A stretch of DNA of 24,039 nucleotides from a virus (IMGVR_UViG_3300037515_000193:1-24039), one strand, 5' to 3'; shown: positions 7,476 through 16,724, numbered from the stretch's first letter. The notes: generated by a model not told the origin, from the letters alone. Numbers and translations: made by a program.

Positions 7476-7597
7476 TTCGTCCCTCCCGCGAAGACAGACT
7501 CCGGCGCCGGTGTCAGCTTACGTGCGGGCTGAAAGAGCAGCAGCAGCGCGATAGTCCCTCCCACCAGCATCAGGAACGCTAGGGTGCACGGCGTCAT
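7472..7597 (-). CDS. 41 aa membrane protein
   Basis: MTPCTLAFLMLVGGTIALLLLFQP; overlaps neighbours on both sides. Confidence 0.55.
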   Translation of the reverse strand: MTPCTLAFLMLVGGTIALLLLFQPARKLTPAPESVFAGGTN

Positions 7598-7908
7598 GCT
7601 GATCTCTCCAATAGCTTCATCGCCTCGATCCTTTTGGCGAGCTCTCGATTGCCGTTCGCGCACTCCTGCAGCACCCCGCGAGCCTGGTACTGCCACCCCT
7701 TGAATCTCTGCATCTCTTGTCGCATCTCGGCCAACTCCGCTTCGAGGCGTTCCACTCGCCCTTTGTATTCGTCTCTTAGTTCGGACGCCTCTTTCCAAAG
7801 CCGGTCCGCGTCGGTCTGTCGGACTGTGCCGCCCAGTAAGAGCCTGCCTATAAAGGTCAGTGCCCCACCACCGAGAGCCGCGCCGAGTAGGGTAGCTAAA
7901 TCATTCAC
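7594..7908 (-). CDS. TM plus coiled-coil lysis-region protein
   Basis: N-terminal hydrophobic helix followed by a long coiled coil; typical just upstream of endolysins. Confidence 0.7.
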   Translation of the reverse strand: MNDLATLLGAALGGGALTFIGRLLLGGTVRQTDADRLWKEASELRDEYKGRVERLEAELAEMRQEMQRFKGWQYQARGVLQECANGNRELAKRIEAMKLLERSA

Positions 7909-8194
7909 GGGCTCGCACCAATCCTCCTAGCACAAAGGCAAACACTAACCACACTGCAAAGCTGGCATAGACTACGGCGTCCGTGGCGTCGATCCAGCGC
8001 AAGGGACTGGCCAACGCCCGGATCGCCGAGAACGCGGCAAGCTGCGACAGCCCGCCCACCAGCACAACATTGACCCGCTTCTGACTCAGGGGCGTGAGCG
8101 CCACGTTAGCGCGATGCACGAGAATAATCCCGAGCGTCACGACGCCGACGAACCCGGCTACCGAGAACAGGGACGCCCACTCAACGGTTGTCAT
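7901..8194 (-). CDS. 3-TM membrane protein (holin-like)
   Basis: ATG at 8194 (ATGA overlap); three hydrophobic segments. Confidence 0.65.
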   Translation of the reverse strand: MTTVEWASLFSVAGFVGVVTLGIILVHRANVALTPLSQKRVNVVLVGGLSQLAAFSAIRALASPLRWIDATDAVVYASFAVWLVFAFVLGGLVRARE

Positions 8195-8481
8195 TTGCCG
8201 TTCGTCGCGCCCTCTAACGCCGCCAGCATCCGCGCTTTCGCAAAGTTGGCCGTCTGCTGATCCTGCTGTACGCAATGCTGAACGATGTCGAACTCTATCT
8301 TGTCGAGTGTGATTTCCTGCTTGGCCTTGAGCAGCCGGAGCGAGATGTCGTTCGCCAGCGCCGCTTCGGGATGAACGCCGCGAGCCACTGAGTTGGCGAG
8401 CACCCGCCCGACAGTCGCGCCGACAGGCGTCCCGTCGATGAAGGTCACGGGCTGATCTAGTCCGGTGATAGTCTTAGACAA
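8191..8481 (-). CDS. Small tail-associated hypothetical protein
   Basis: TTG start at 8481 after GGAGG; 96 aa. Confidence 0.65.
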   Translation of the reverse strand: MSKTITGLDQPVTFIDGTPVGATVGRVLANSVARGVHPEAALANDISLRLLKAKQEITLDKIEFDIVQHCVQQDQQTANFAKARMLAALEGATNGK

Positions 8482-8722
8482 TGCCTTCCTCCGATTCCAA
8501 GTGTGACTTGAGCGCGGCAAACAGTGAGGCGACCTGCTGTAACGCCTGCCCCTTGATCTCGAATCGTTCCAACTCCCGCCCCCACGACTCGCCCTCAACC
8601 GTCACGATCCGATAGCCCACGTTGGCGTATACCTTCGCCACGCCTTCGGCGTCGATCTCCCGGTACAGGTATGCGGTATCGAACTCGATGTCTGCCTTGT
8701 TGACTTGCTTCGTTCTCGCCAT
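8474..8722 (-). CDS. Small tail-fibre-associated hypothetical protein
   Basis: GAGGAG RBS, ATG at 8722, 82 aa, directly after the fibre gene. Confidence 0.65.
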   Translation of the reverse strand: MARTKQVNKADIEFDTAYLYREIDAEGVAKVYANVGYRIVTVEGESWGRELERFEIKGQALQQVASLFAALKSHLESEEGIV

Positions 8723-8735
8723 AGCGCTTGCTCCT

Positions 8736-10463
8736 CTAGTAATAGGCAAGGTGTCTAGTCACTCCTCCGATGGTCACCGGAACGCGCCCTATTGCAGCGC
8801 CGCCGCCGCTCGTCGGGTCGGTTGCGTCTGCCGGAAGCTCGAATATGTGCGTGCCGTCGCCGTCGAACCTGGATAGTCCGGCGTCGATGAACAGGGCGTA
8901 GGTGCCCACCATGTCGGTGTAGATGCCGTAGATGTTCCCGGTCGGGTTGGAGACGTTGGCTACCCGAACGCCGTAGTAGTCCGCGAAGCTCGCCGAGTTG
9001 AAGGCCCGGACGTAAAGACCGTGGAACGTCGTCACGCCCGCCGTCGTCAGGAAGCCCACGTTGGCGTCAAAGACATTGAGCTCGGTGCAGGTGACCCCGT
9101 TATCGAACAAGAACGGCGTCGCCCGGACAACGGAGATCAGGGGGATCGTTGGAGTTCCCGCCACGCCCTGAAAGCCCGCCAGGAAGTCGAGGCCGAACAC
9201 GGCTACATTAGTAGCGCTCGACTTCATCAGGGAGTATCCCCCGACGCCAATGACTTGGCCCGCGCCCGCAGCAGGGGCAGAAATCCCCATCCCGATCGAC
9301 AATCCCGTCTTGCCGTCAGGGTCACTTGTGGTCTGGCCTATGAAGAAGATGTTGGCGTTGGGCGGCGCGTTGTTCGCGGCGATTACCCCGCTTACCTTCA
9401 CATTTCCGGTCAACGTGACGTTAGGCGAGGATGCCGCGAGCGCGATCCGCGTGTTGCCGGACGTGTCAGTCAACGAGGCGATGGGGGGCGAGGTGTCCCA
9501 GAGCAGCGTCGAGCCGTTGTAGACGAGAAAGGCGTTCTGAGTCGGCGCCAGCCTTGCCGCCGTGTTCGAGCCCGTGCCCTGTGCGAGGTCGCCCGCCGCG
9601 TCCCAGATGGCGTCCGTGGCTACGTCACCGCCGCCCGCGTGACTGTGCAGCGTCGTCTCCGACCCGTCCGACAGGGTTTCGAGCTCCGCCCCTGTGACAT
9701 CCGTGTCGCCGTCGTTGCCGGAGATCGCAGCGTAGTCCAGCGCGGCCAGCAGCGCATCAACTTCCGTTTCCGTGTAGTAGATGGCCCCGTGGTCGTTGTC
9801 GTCGAGTCCCGTCAACGCTCCGTGGTCACTCGCACCGCCACCACCAGCGCCAGCGCCGGCCGGGATGAACGCCACGATTACCGCATTCGCCTCATTCACC
9901 CGCGCCGCACCTCCGGCGTTCTGCTTCCGCACCTCGATCGTCACCGTCTGCGGCCCGCCGGAGATCGTCAGCAATGCCCCCAGCACAAGCGTCCCTAGTG
10001 ATGTCGGCTCTTCGACATATGCGTCTGTCTCATCCTGGGAGGCCGCGTCAATTGCAAACCGCGCTCGCAACCAGCCTGTGCCCGCCGTCGTAACCTCAAC
10101 CTCCACCTCGCCAAACACGAAGTACGTGCCGTCTTCCAGCGACAGTTGAGACTCTATGGCCGAATTCGTCGTGGTGATCGTCTTTGTTCCGCTACCTACA
10201 TCCGACTGAGGAGCTGCAAACGGCGCCAGCACCTCAACCGTCCCGTCGCCCAGCTTGACCTTGAGTTCGCCCGAGGTCGTGTTGTACCAGATCCACCACG
10301 TATCGTCTGCGGGGGTGTATGTCGGGTCGGTCGCCAGACTGCCCAGGTTCCGATATGGCGCGTGCGGGTCAGCCGCCCCTCGCTGGTGTTCGGGGGTTTT
10401 CTCCGCTGGCACGAACTTGTTGTCCGTGGGAGATACCTTGTTAGTGCGGGGGAGGGTAGGCAC
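8736..10463 (-). CDS. Tail fibre / receptor-binding protein
   Basis: Likely GTG start at 10463. Contains ADPHAPY, DHGALTGLDDNDH and TTLHSH His motifs, Gly-rich linkers and a beta-rich C-terminus. Confidence 0.75.
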   Translation of the reverse strand: MPTLPRTNKVSPTDNKFVPAEKTPEHQRGAADPHAPYRNLGSLATDPTYTPADDTWWIWYNTTSGELKVKLGDGTVEVLAPFAAPQSDVGSGTKTITTTNSAIESQLSLEDGTYFVFGEVEVEVTTAGTGWLRARFAIDAASQDETDAYVEEPTSLGTLVLGALLTISGGPQTVTIEVRKQNAGGAARVNEANAVIVAFIPAGAGAGGGGASDHGALTGLDDNDHGAIYYTETEVDALLAALDYAAISGNDGDTDVTGAELETLSDGSETTLHSHAGGGDVATDAIWDAAGDLAQGTGSNTAARLAPTQNAFLVYNGSTLLWDTSPPIASLTDTSGNTRIALAASSPNVTLTGNVKVSGVIAANNAPPNANIFFIGQTTSDPDGKTGLSIGMGISAPAAGAGQVIGVGGYSLMKSSATNVAVFGLDFLAGFQGVAGTPTIPLISVVRATPFLFDNGVTCTELNVFDANVGFLTTAGVTTFHGLYVRAFNSASFADYYGVRVANVSNPTGNIYGIYTDMVGTYALFIDAGLSRFDGDGTHIFELPADATDPTSGGGAAIGRVPVTIGGVTRHLAYY

Positions 10464-10465
10464 CT

Positions 10466-11086
10466 TTATGCGGCCCTCACGAAAATCGCCGCTTGGCCCT
10501 GCCGGTCGAGTGAATCTGGCGTTCCCCAGGGGTCTGGTAGCGCGCCAAACGAGAAGGATCGATATACTGCAACGGAGTAACCAGGATCTGTTGACCCAGG
10601 TACGAACGGCCCCGTAAAGCCAATCCCAGATCGTAGATCGATAGTAGCGTTTGCGGAGCTGAATACTCCCGCCAGCCAATAGAGGGCAGGGCCTGCTAGT
10701 TCTTCGGAAATAGTTTGGAGGTTGAGAGCGCCGCCCCCCGTGATTGCAAAGGTTCCTGTGTCTACAATTAGCGCACCAGGTGCACCGCCATCGTCGTCGT
10801 ATATACCCAACCGAACATTGCAACCCGCACCTGCACTGTCGCAGGCAATCCCGATTCGGTCATAAGTACTCGTGGCCGGAATAGGAAAGGGCTGCGCCTG
10901 TAGAATATCGGCTTCGGACGCGCTGGCGGCGATAGTCTTAGCAATGGGCGCATAGTAGTAACCTGATTTATGCTCAGGGATTAACGCTGCTCTACTCAGC
11001 ACGTTCAGGTTGTCCCGCGTTTCGTTTAGATGTGCTGCGGCCAATACCGCTCCCGCCACGTACGTCCTCGGCACGACCCAACTAAT
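10466..11086 (-). CDS. Minor tail protein with probable ATT start
   Basis: SWVVPRTYVAGAVLAAAHLNETRDNL is a typical minor-tail N-terminus; AAGGAG lies 8 nt before an in-frame ATT. Confidence 0.75.
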   Translation of the reverse strand: MSWVVPRTYVAGAVLAAAHLNETRDNLNVLSRAALIPEHKSGYYYAPIAKTIAASASEADILQAQPFPIPATSTYDRIGIACDSAGAGCNVRLGIYDDDGGAPGALIVDTGTFAITGGGALNLQTISEELAGPALYWLAGVFSSANATIDLRSGIGFTGPFVPGSTDPGYSVAVYRSFSFGALPDPWGTPDSLDRQGQAAIFVRAA

Positions 11087-11114
11087 GACACACACTCCTT
11101 GCACGTGATAAACT
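11085..11114 (+). promoter_or_regulatory. Promoter of the inverted HNH gene (probably leaderless)
   Basis: ATGACA (11085-11090), 18 nt spacer, TGa-TAAACT (11106-11114). The GTG start begins 7 nt later with no SD. Confidence 0.55.
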
Positions 11115-11120
11115 GGTGAC

Positions 11121-11909
11121 GTGCTCACCGATAAAGAACGTCGTCGCCGTAACGCCGAGAAAGCCATGAGGGCGTATCACAAGCGTTCGGCGGAGATCGC
11201 CGCAATGCCAAAGATCGCTTGCGGGTGCGGATGCGAAACGATGATCGCTCCGCTCCGTATTCAAGATCGCAAACCTGCCCGCTTTGCCCCCGGCCACTCG
11301 CTGGGTGGCCGTGGCGTTGAAACGCGCTTTAAGAAGGGCCAGACGCCGCACAATAAAGGAAAGCCAGGACCACCCAACCCCCGTAAGGGAACGCGCGTCG
11401 CTAAGGAAATCATCGACAAGACCATCGCCGCCCGGCGTGCGAAAAATAGAGGCGCTTACTGGAAGCCCGGTCGCACGCTCACTGACGTGCGAGACCCCGA
11501 CAAATGGCTTGATGCCGTAACGAAGGCCAACCGCAGCCGCGATATCACTGGACCGAACAATCCGTTCTTCGGAAAAACTCATACTGCTGAGACGCGCGAA
11601 CGGATATCTAACGCCCTGACCGGAGAGCGCAATCCCAATTGGGCGGGTGGGGCTTCGACGCTCCCATACGGCCCCGCATTTACAAAGAAGTTCAAGCGCT
11701 TGATACGTCAGCGCGACGGGAACCGCTGCCAGCGCTGCGGCAAAACGCGAGAGAAGCACCATCGCGCCCTTGAAGTGCATCACATTGACCATGACAAGGC
11801 GAACAATGACCCGGCTAATCTGATAACGGTCTGTGGCTCCTGCAACGTGTGGTTGAGCTATCATCGCGACGTGGCTCTGTGGGAATTTCCGAAGCGACGC
11901 TTGCTGTAG
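11121..11909 (+). CDS. HNH homing endonuclease with NUMOD3-like repeats, inverted relative to the operon
   Basis: CGCGC, RFKKGQTPHNKGK, NPFFGKTHTAETRERIS, IRQRDGNRCQRCG and VHHIDHDKANNDPANLITVCGSC. Confidence 0.92.
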   Translation: MLTDKERRRRNAEKAMRAYHKRSAEIAAMPKIACGCGCETMIAPLRIQDRKPARFAPGHSLGGRGVETRFKKGQTPHNKGKPGPPNPRKGTRVAKEIIDKTIAARRAKNRGAYWKPGRTLTDVRDPDKWLDAVTKANRSRDITGPNNPFFGKTHTAETRERISNALTGERNPNWAGGASTLPYGPAFTKKFKRLIRQRDGNRCQRCGKTREKHHRALEVHHIDHDKANNDPANLITVCGSCNVWLSYHRDVALWEFPKRRLL

Positions 11910-11911
11910 CA

Positions 11912-12349
11912 TCAGTTATCCTCCAAGTGCTTCGCGTTCTCCGCCCGCAGGTCGGCCAGCGTTTCGTGAGTGAACCAGTTTCTACGTTGCGGTACGGGCC
12001 GCTCTTTCAGCACTTCCTCGATCCGCTCCCTGTCCTTCGGGAACGTCACTTCCAGCGGCCCCATCCGGCAGTTCCGGCAGACAAACACCGGCCAGTCAGG
12101 GTCGGCGAACTCCGCGTTCCGGCAGTCCTTACGCGGGCAGTCCACGATCCAGGCACCCTCGTACACTCTCGCCTCGACCTTCCCGATCGGCGTCCAGTCC
12201 GTGATGAGCCCGTGCCCCGCCTTGAGCAACGCCTTGTTGACGTACCGCTGATTCAGTTCGTTGAGGTACTCCAAATCCAGTTCGGGCGCGGTACGCTTCT
12301 TGAAGCCGAGCTTCAACCGCTGTTGTCGGGTATCAAGCAACGAAGGCAA
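11912..12349 (-). CDS. Tail-region protein with zinc ribbon
   Basis: GGAGG RBS plus TTG; WIVDCP..C and FVCRNC; C-terminal RNW...ETLADLRAEN. Confidence 0.7.
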   Translation of the reverse strand: MPSLLDTRQQRLKLGFKKRTAPELDLEYLNELNQRYVNKALLKAGHGLITDWTPIGKVEARVYEGAWIVDCPRKDCRNAEFADPDWPVFVCRNCRMGPLEVTFPKDRERIEEVLKERPVPQRRNWFTHETLADLRAENAKHLEDN

Positions 12350-13805
12350 GGACGTCCTCCCCGTCTAGCACTGACTCGTCAAGGATGAAGAACTGGTCAG
12401 CCGTGAACGTGCTCAACAGCCATTTCGTCTCGTGCGCGTGTGATACGGGGTCGAGCGTGTGCGTAACCCCCTCGATGAAAAAGTCCTCGTCAACCTGCGA
12501 CGAGTACGCAAACGAATCGTCTGTGATCGTCACCCGATCGTTGATCTCCCTTGCAAGCATCTGGGTTAGCTGCGCGTCGGAATCGTCCGAATGCGGGAAC
12601 AGCGTCAGCCCCAACCGTGGGTGAGGTTCGGAGAAGTGGGACGCGATATAGTCCGCCCATCCCTGCAACTCAACGAGGTTCCCCAGCCCCAACAGCCGGT
12701 AGGACTGCTCATACGTCTTGTCGAAGGGCGCGATGCTGGACGTCGCCTGAGCCGAGACGGTCCGCAAGGAAGTAGGTTGCAGCAGCAACTTTCCGAGCAC
12801 CACCGTCTTCTGGAACCAGACGCCGTTCGGCGAATTGTTGGTGATGCTCCACGAAGCCCCGTGTCCGTAGTTTGTGAAGCTCGACGCCATGTCGGAACTC
12901 AGGTCTGTCCCTGACCCGTCCCGCTGAACGTTCGCCGTGAAGTGTGTCCCTGCAACGGGCGTCACCACATCTTGCGCAGGGCCTACATAGTTGGGGTCGA
13001 TCTTCCACGTCTCCCCTTTCGCTAAGAAGAAGGGGAGCGGCTGATATGTGAAAATCATGGATTCGCCGTCAGGAACCTCATATCCCCCTGCTTGAAGGAT
13101 CACGTCCGTGTACAACTGATCTTCGGCGTACATGTACTCGATCCCCTGCATTCGGGTGATCGTGCCGTCAGACTCCGCCAATGCTCTGGCGTTGCGATCC
13201 CGGAAGGTGAACACTCCGCCCGCAGATATGAAGATGATCCCGCCGAGGTCGTGGTCGGCGCACTCCTGTAGCGCTGAAAGCGCGTCCGTGGTCCGCCAGT
13301 AGGGACGGGGAAGAACCATTTGACCAGTGTCCAGATCTGCTGCGGCGGAGAACGTCGCGTCGAACAGGTCAAGGATGGCGTCGATCCGGTCTCCCGTCAG
13401 TTTGTCGGACGCTACCGCGAGGTTCAGGTGGAAGTTGCGGAGGAAGTAGAACTCGTCAACGCACTGGATCGTCACCCTTCGGTTGATGACGTCGGGGGTG
13501 AAGGAAACGATGTACCCCGTGAACAGCGGGTACGGGGTTGCGGAGAGCGTGGCCTTGATCTGGACCTTGGAGTAGAGATCGAGGTTGCCGAAGTACGCCC
13601 CGGAGTCGTAGACCGGGTTGAAACGCCCGTCCGCGTTGTTCAGGACGATGGTGCAGTGCCCAACCTCCACGGACGATAGCTCCCGAGACCGCCCCCGCCG
13701 GATCGTCACCTGTAGCGCGTAGGAGATAACGTCCGTTTCCGGCGTTCCGTCGTCGTTTAGATCGATAAGGGCCGCGTAATCGGCGGCTGAGGATGCGGTA
13801 CTCAT
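12333..13805 (-). CDS. Minor tail / baseplate hub-like protein
   Basis: Follows the tape measure gene (ATGA overlap); VTIRRGRSREL...GHCTIVLNNADGRFNP and LFTGYI motifs. Confidence 0.8.
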   Translation of the reverse strand: MSTASSAADYAALIDLNDDGTPETDVISYALQVTIRRGRSRELSSVEVGHCTIVLNNADGRFNPVYDSGAYFGNLDLYSKVQIKATLSATPYPLFTGYIVSFTPDVINRRVTIQCVDEFYFLRNFHLNLAVASDKLTGDRIDAILDLFDATFSAAADLDTGQMVLPRPYWRTTDALSALQECADHDLGGIIFISAGGVFTFRDRNARALAESDGTITRMQGIEYMYAEDQLYTDVILQAGGYEVPDGESMIFTYQPLPFFLAKGETWKIDPNYVGPAQDVVTPVAGTHFTANVQRDGSGTDLSSDMASSFTNYGHGASWSITNNSPNGVWFQKTVVLGKLLLQPTSLRTVSAQATSSIAPFDKTYEQSYRLLGLGNLVELQGWADYIASHFSEPHPRLGLTLFPHSDDSDAQLTQMLAREINDRVTITDDSFAYSSQVDEDFFIEGVTHTLDPVSHAHETKWLLSTFTADQFFILDESVLDGEDVLAFVA

Positions 13806-16201
13806 GCGCCTGCCAAACTCCACCTGCCCCGAAGCACTTGGTCGAGCAAGGTGGCCAACCGTTCCACCTCCAACGGCGATGCCGTCGAGAGCGTGGGCGC
13901 ATAGGTGAGGTTAACCGTTACCGCGCCGTCCATGCCGCCGCCCTTGTGGGTGGGCAGTACCGTTTCGCCGCCGTGAGCACGGATGATCTGGGTAGAACCG
14001 ATCGGCCCCGGCACAACCCCGCCAGCATCGAAGCCAGGGAGGCTGATTCCAGGCAACCCGCCAACACCGGGGATCAGGTTGAGCGGGTTCGGAATGTCGA
14101 CTGAGAGCATTCCGTTGATGAACCCCTGGATCAAATCCTTCCCCTTCTGGAAGAGAACCCCTGCCGTACTCCCAATCAGGGATGCAATGCGGTTCGGAAC
14201 CCCAACGAGCCAGCTCGCGATTTCACCCCACCTCTCGTTGATCCCATTCCAGAACCCCGAGAGGAGAGACCGCCCCTTCTGCTTAAGGGTTACCGTTACA
14301 TCCCCGAGCGCGTTACGGGCGAGTTCGGGGAATCCAGCAAGAGCACCTGCGATCTCGCCCCATCGTTCGATGATCCCGTTCCACATGCCAGAGAGAAGTT
14401 CGCGGCCCTTCGGCGCCAGCGTCGTAAGCACGTCCCCGATTGTCTCGAAGATCAGCAATGGGAACCCGATGAAATACATGTAAACGGCGTCGTCCCAGTG
14501 CTCCTTGAAGCCCTCCCAAATGGCATCCAATAGCTCGATGCCCTTCTCTTTCATCGTCGGCAGGAAGTCCACGAACATTTGCACCATCTCGTCAAGGAAG
14601 CCGATCTGTAGGAAGTCCAGGAACAGGTTTAGCGTCGCTTCGGCCAGCTCCTTAAACTCCGTCCATGCGAGCGACCAGTCCCCTGACGCCAACGCGGAGA
14701 TCAATTCGACGACGTTCTCGACGACGGTGATGATCGAGTCGATCAGGTCGATCAAGTCCTGCACGTTATCGGCAACCATCCGGAACGCGCCCGCCGCGAT
14801 GTCCGCCCAGACGCCCGCCGACTCAAACCGGGCCTTGATCTCATCCCAGTTGTCCCGGATAAGCCCGATGGCCGTAATGAGACCCACGATCGCGGCCAAC
14901 GCAATCGCTCCCGGCCCGAACGCCACGACGATTGCAACGCCGATGGCAATGATAGCGGCGATCATCAGCGGCTTGTTGTCCTTGAGGAACTCCCAGAAAT
15001 CCTCAATAAGCGGCATGATCGTTTTGAAGCCGCTAATGAACGAGTTGACCAGCACCGTCAGCGCGGGCTTCATGTCCTCGAACGCTTGCCGCGCCGACTC
15101 TATCGCCTTCGGAAGGTTCTCCTGCAACCACGGGACTACGACTTCCAGCGCCTTCGTTACGTGGGGCAGCGCTTCCAGCCCTAGCTCCATGAGGAATATC
15201 TTGGCCTCGTTGATGGCCTTGTTGAATTTGAAGCTGAACGTCTCCTGGATCTTCGCCGCCGCCGCGTCCGTGGCCCCGGCGGAATTGCTCATCTCATCCA
15301 TTGCAGAGGACACCGCATCGAAGTTGGGGCCAGTCACGCCCAGCACCGCGTTCATAGCTTCGACGCTCCCAAACAGGTCTTTGAAGTCCTGTTCCGGCAT
15401 CGACTGGCGCAGCGTTTCGAACACCTGCGGCATCGTCTGGCCATCTTTAATGAGGTCTGCAAAGCCCTTCCCGGAAAGGTCACGGAGCGCTGTGTCCAGT
15501 TTCGATCCGGACTTCTGCGCCTCGACCATCGCCGCCCGGATTTGGGTTGTCGCAACGGACGTCGGTGTGCCCGATGCGGTAATGACGGCGAGTTGGGAAG
15601 CCACGTCGCCGAAGCTAACCCCCAGCGAGGAAGCGGTCGGGATGACGTTAAACAGCGAGGATGAGAGTTGGGTGAAGTCCGTCTTCCCCAGACGAACAGC
15701 AGTGAACATCTGGTCGCTCGCCTCTTGCGCGGAGATCACCTCGTCCCCGTAGGCGTTGACCACGGACGTAATGCCGTCGACAGCAGTCTCTAGGTCCGTG
15801 ACGCCGCCGATAGACGCCTTTGCCGCCGTCTCCATGAAGGACACGATGTTGTCCGAAGGAACCCCCGCAGAGATCGCCTGGTAGAGTGCCGGGATGCTCT
15901 GGTTAGTGGCGATGCCGAACTCCTTGGAGACGCCAATGATGTCATCCTGGAGCTTCCCGAACGCCTTTTCCGACAGATCGGGCAGAAGCGTTTTGACTTC
16001 GGCAAACGACGACTCAAAGTCCGCCGCCATCTTGATCGACGCGATGCCCAGCCCAGCGATTGCCGTCGCTCCGCCGAGCGCTCCCGCCCTGACGACGTTG
16101 CCCAGCGCGCCGCCCAGCCCCTTCGCCTTCCCCTCAATAGAGCCGAGAACAGACGACGCCTGATCGTCTGCGCGGACGCGGATAACTAATTCATTGGCCA
16201 T
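13802..16201 (-). CDS. Tail tape measure protein (TP901-like core)
   Basis: 799 aa, helical and Ala/Gly-rich; AADFESSFAEVKT, ALYQAISAG and AVRLGKT; C-terminal FDAGGVVPG...AHGGETVLP. Confidence 0.93.
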   Translation of the reverse strand: MANELVIRVRADDQASSVLGSIEGKAKGLGGALGNVVRAGALGGATAIAGLGIASIKMAADFESSFAEVKTLLPDLSEKAFGKLQDDIIGVSKEFGIATNQSIPALYQAISAGVPSDNIVSFMETAAKASIGGVTDLETAVDGITSVVNAYGDEVISAQEASDQMFTAVRLGKTDFTQLSSSLFNVIPTASSLGVSFGDVASQLAVITASGTPTSVATTQIRAAMVEAQKSGSKLDTALRDLSGKGFADLIKDGQTMPQVFETLRQSMPEQDFKDLFGSVEAMNAVLGVTGPNFDAVSSAMDEMSNSAGATDAAAAKIQETFSFKFNKAINEAKIFLMELGLEALPHVTKALEVVVPWLQENLPKAIESARQAFEDMKPALTVLVNSFISGFKTIMPLIEDFWEFLKDNKPLMIAAIIAIGVAIVVAFGPGAIALAAIVGLITAIGLIRDNWDEIKARFESAGVWADIAAGAFRMVADNVQDLIDLIDSIITVVENVVELISALASGDWSLAWTEFKELAEATLNLFLDFLQIGFLDEMVQMFVDFLPTMKEKGIELLDAIWEGFKEHWDDAVYMYFIGFPLLIFETIGDVLTTLAPKGRELLSGMWNGIIERWGEIAGALAGFPELARNALGDVTVTLKQKGRSLLSGFWNGINERWGEIASWLVGVPNRIASLIGSTAGVLFQKGKDLIQGFINGMLSVDIPNPLNLIPGVGGLPGISLPGFDAGGVVPGPIGSTQIIRAHGGETVLPTHKGGGMDGAVTVNLTYAPTLSTASPLEVERLATLLDQVLRGRWSLAGA

Positions 16202-16204
16202 TTA

Positions 16205-16227
16205 TGGTACACTCCAAAGAAAGGAGG
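16205..16227 (+). promoter_or_regulatory. Extended -10 and SD for the second inverted HNH gene
   Basis: TGg-TACACT (16205-16213) then AAAGGAGG (16220-16227); no clear -35. Confidence 0.5.
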
Positions 16228-16237
16228 GGCGGAGCCA

Positions 16238-16723
16238 ATGCTTATAGCCTGTATTCAGTGCGGACGAAACCGAGAAATCTCTCACGCTCATGCAACAAAC
16301 GTCACTCGCGCTCAGAGACACCCATGCGCTAAATGCCGGAGCGAGTCTCAGCGAAAACCTGAAAGGGTAACGTGTCCAGAGTGCAAGGGGCCGAAGCCTA
16401 ATCGCCGTGCTAAGCGGTGCCGTGCGTGCCGTCTGCAACAGGTAAAGGACGCTGGCCCGCGCAACGTGCCCATTGGAACAGAAAGTTCGGACAAAGATGG
16501 CCGCGTAATTGTGAAGGTCGCACACCGCCGATGGGTCAGGCGCGCTCGCCTTGTTTGGGAGCGCGCACATGGTTCTATTCCTGACTGGCCTCGTGCCGTG
16601 ATTCATCACATCAACGGTGACCCAAGTGATGATCGCCTTGAGAACTTGGCGTGCGTTACCATCGGAGACCATGTACGCATTCACAATCCAGGGAAGGGTC
16701 CTCGGCGGAAGGGATTGCGGTAG
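16238..16723 (+). CDS. HNH endonuclease (HNH_3-like) with zinc ribbons, inverted relative to the operon
   Basis: Four CxxC pairs and RLVWERAHGSIP...IHHINGDPSDDRLENL. Confidence 0.9.
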   Translation: MLIACIQCGRNREISHAHATNVTRAQRHPCAKCRSESQRKPERVTCPECKGPKPNRRAKRCRACRLQQVKDAGPRNVPIGTESSDKDGRVIVKVAHRRWVRRARLVWERAHGSIPDWPRAVIHHINGDPSDDRLENLACVTIGDHVRIHNPGKGPRRKGLR

Positions 16724-16724
16724 G

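Noticed and set aside
10464-10823. N-terminal extension of the 695 aa fibre ORF
   Set aside because: It overlaps the real upstream tail gene in another frame; GTG 10463 follows that gene's stop.
8736-11086. Diversity-generating retroelement or invertible fibre cassette
   Set aside because: No reverse transcriptase, no template/variable repeat pair and no flanking inverted repeats were seen in the window.
11084-11909. Group I intron carrying the HNH (also considered for 16202-16724)
   Set aside because: Only about 40 nt lie outside the ORF, no P7-like core is visible, the insert does not end in G at the expected junction, and a new RBS and start make splicing unnecessary.
14505-15752. 415 aa plus-strand ORF, and similar ones at 9021-9998, 137-760 and 17575-18357
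   Set aside because: These are antisense shadows of real genes in GC-rich DNA, with no motifs and arbitrary endpoints.
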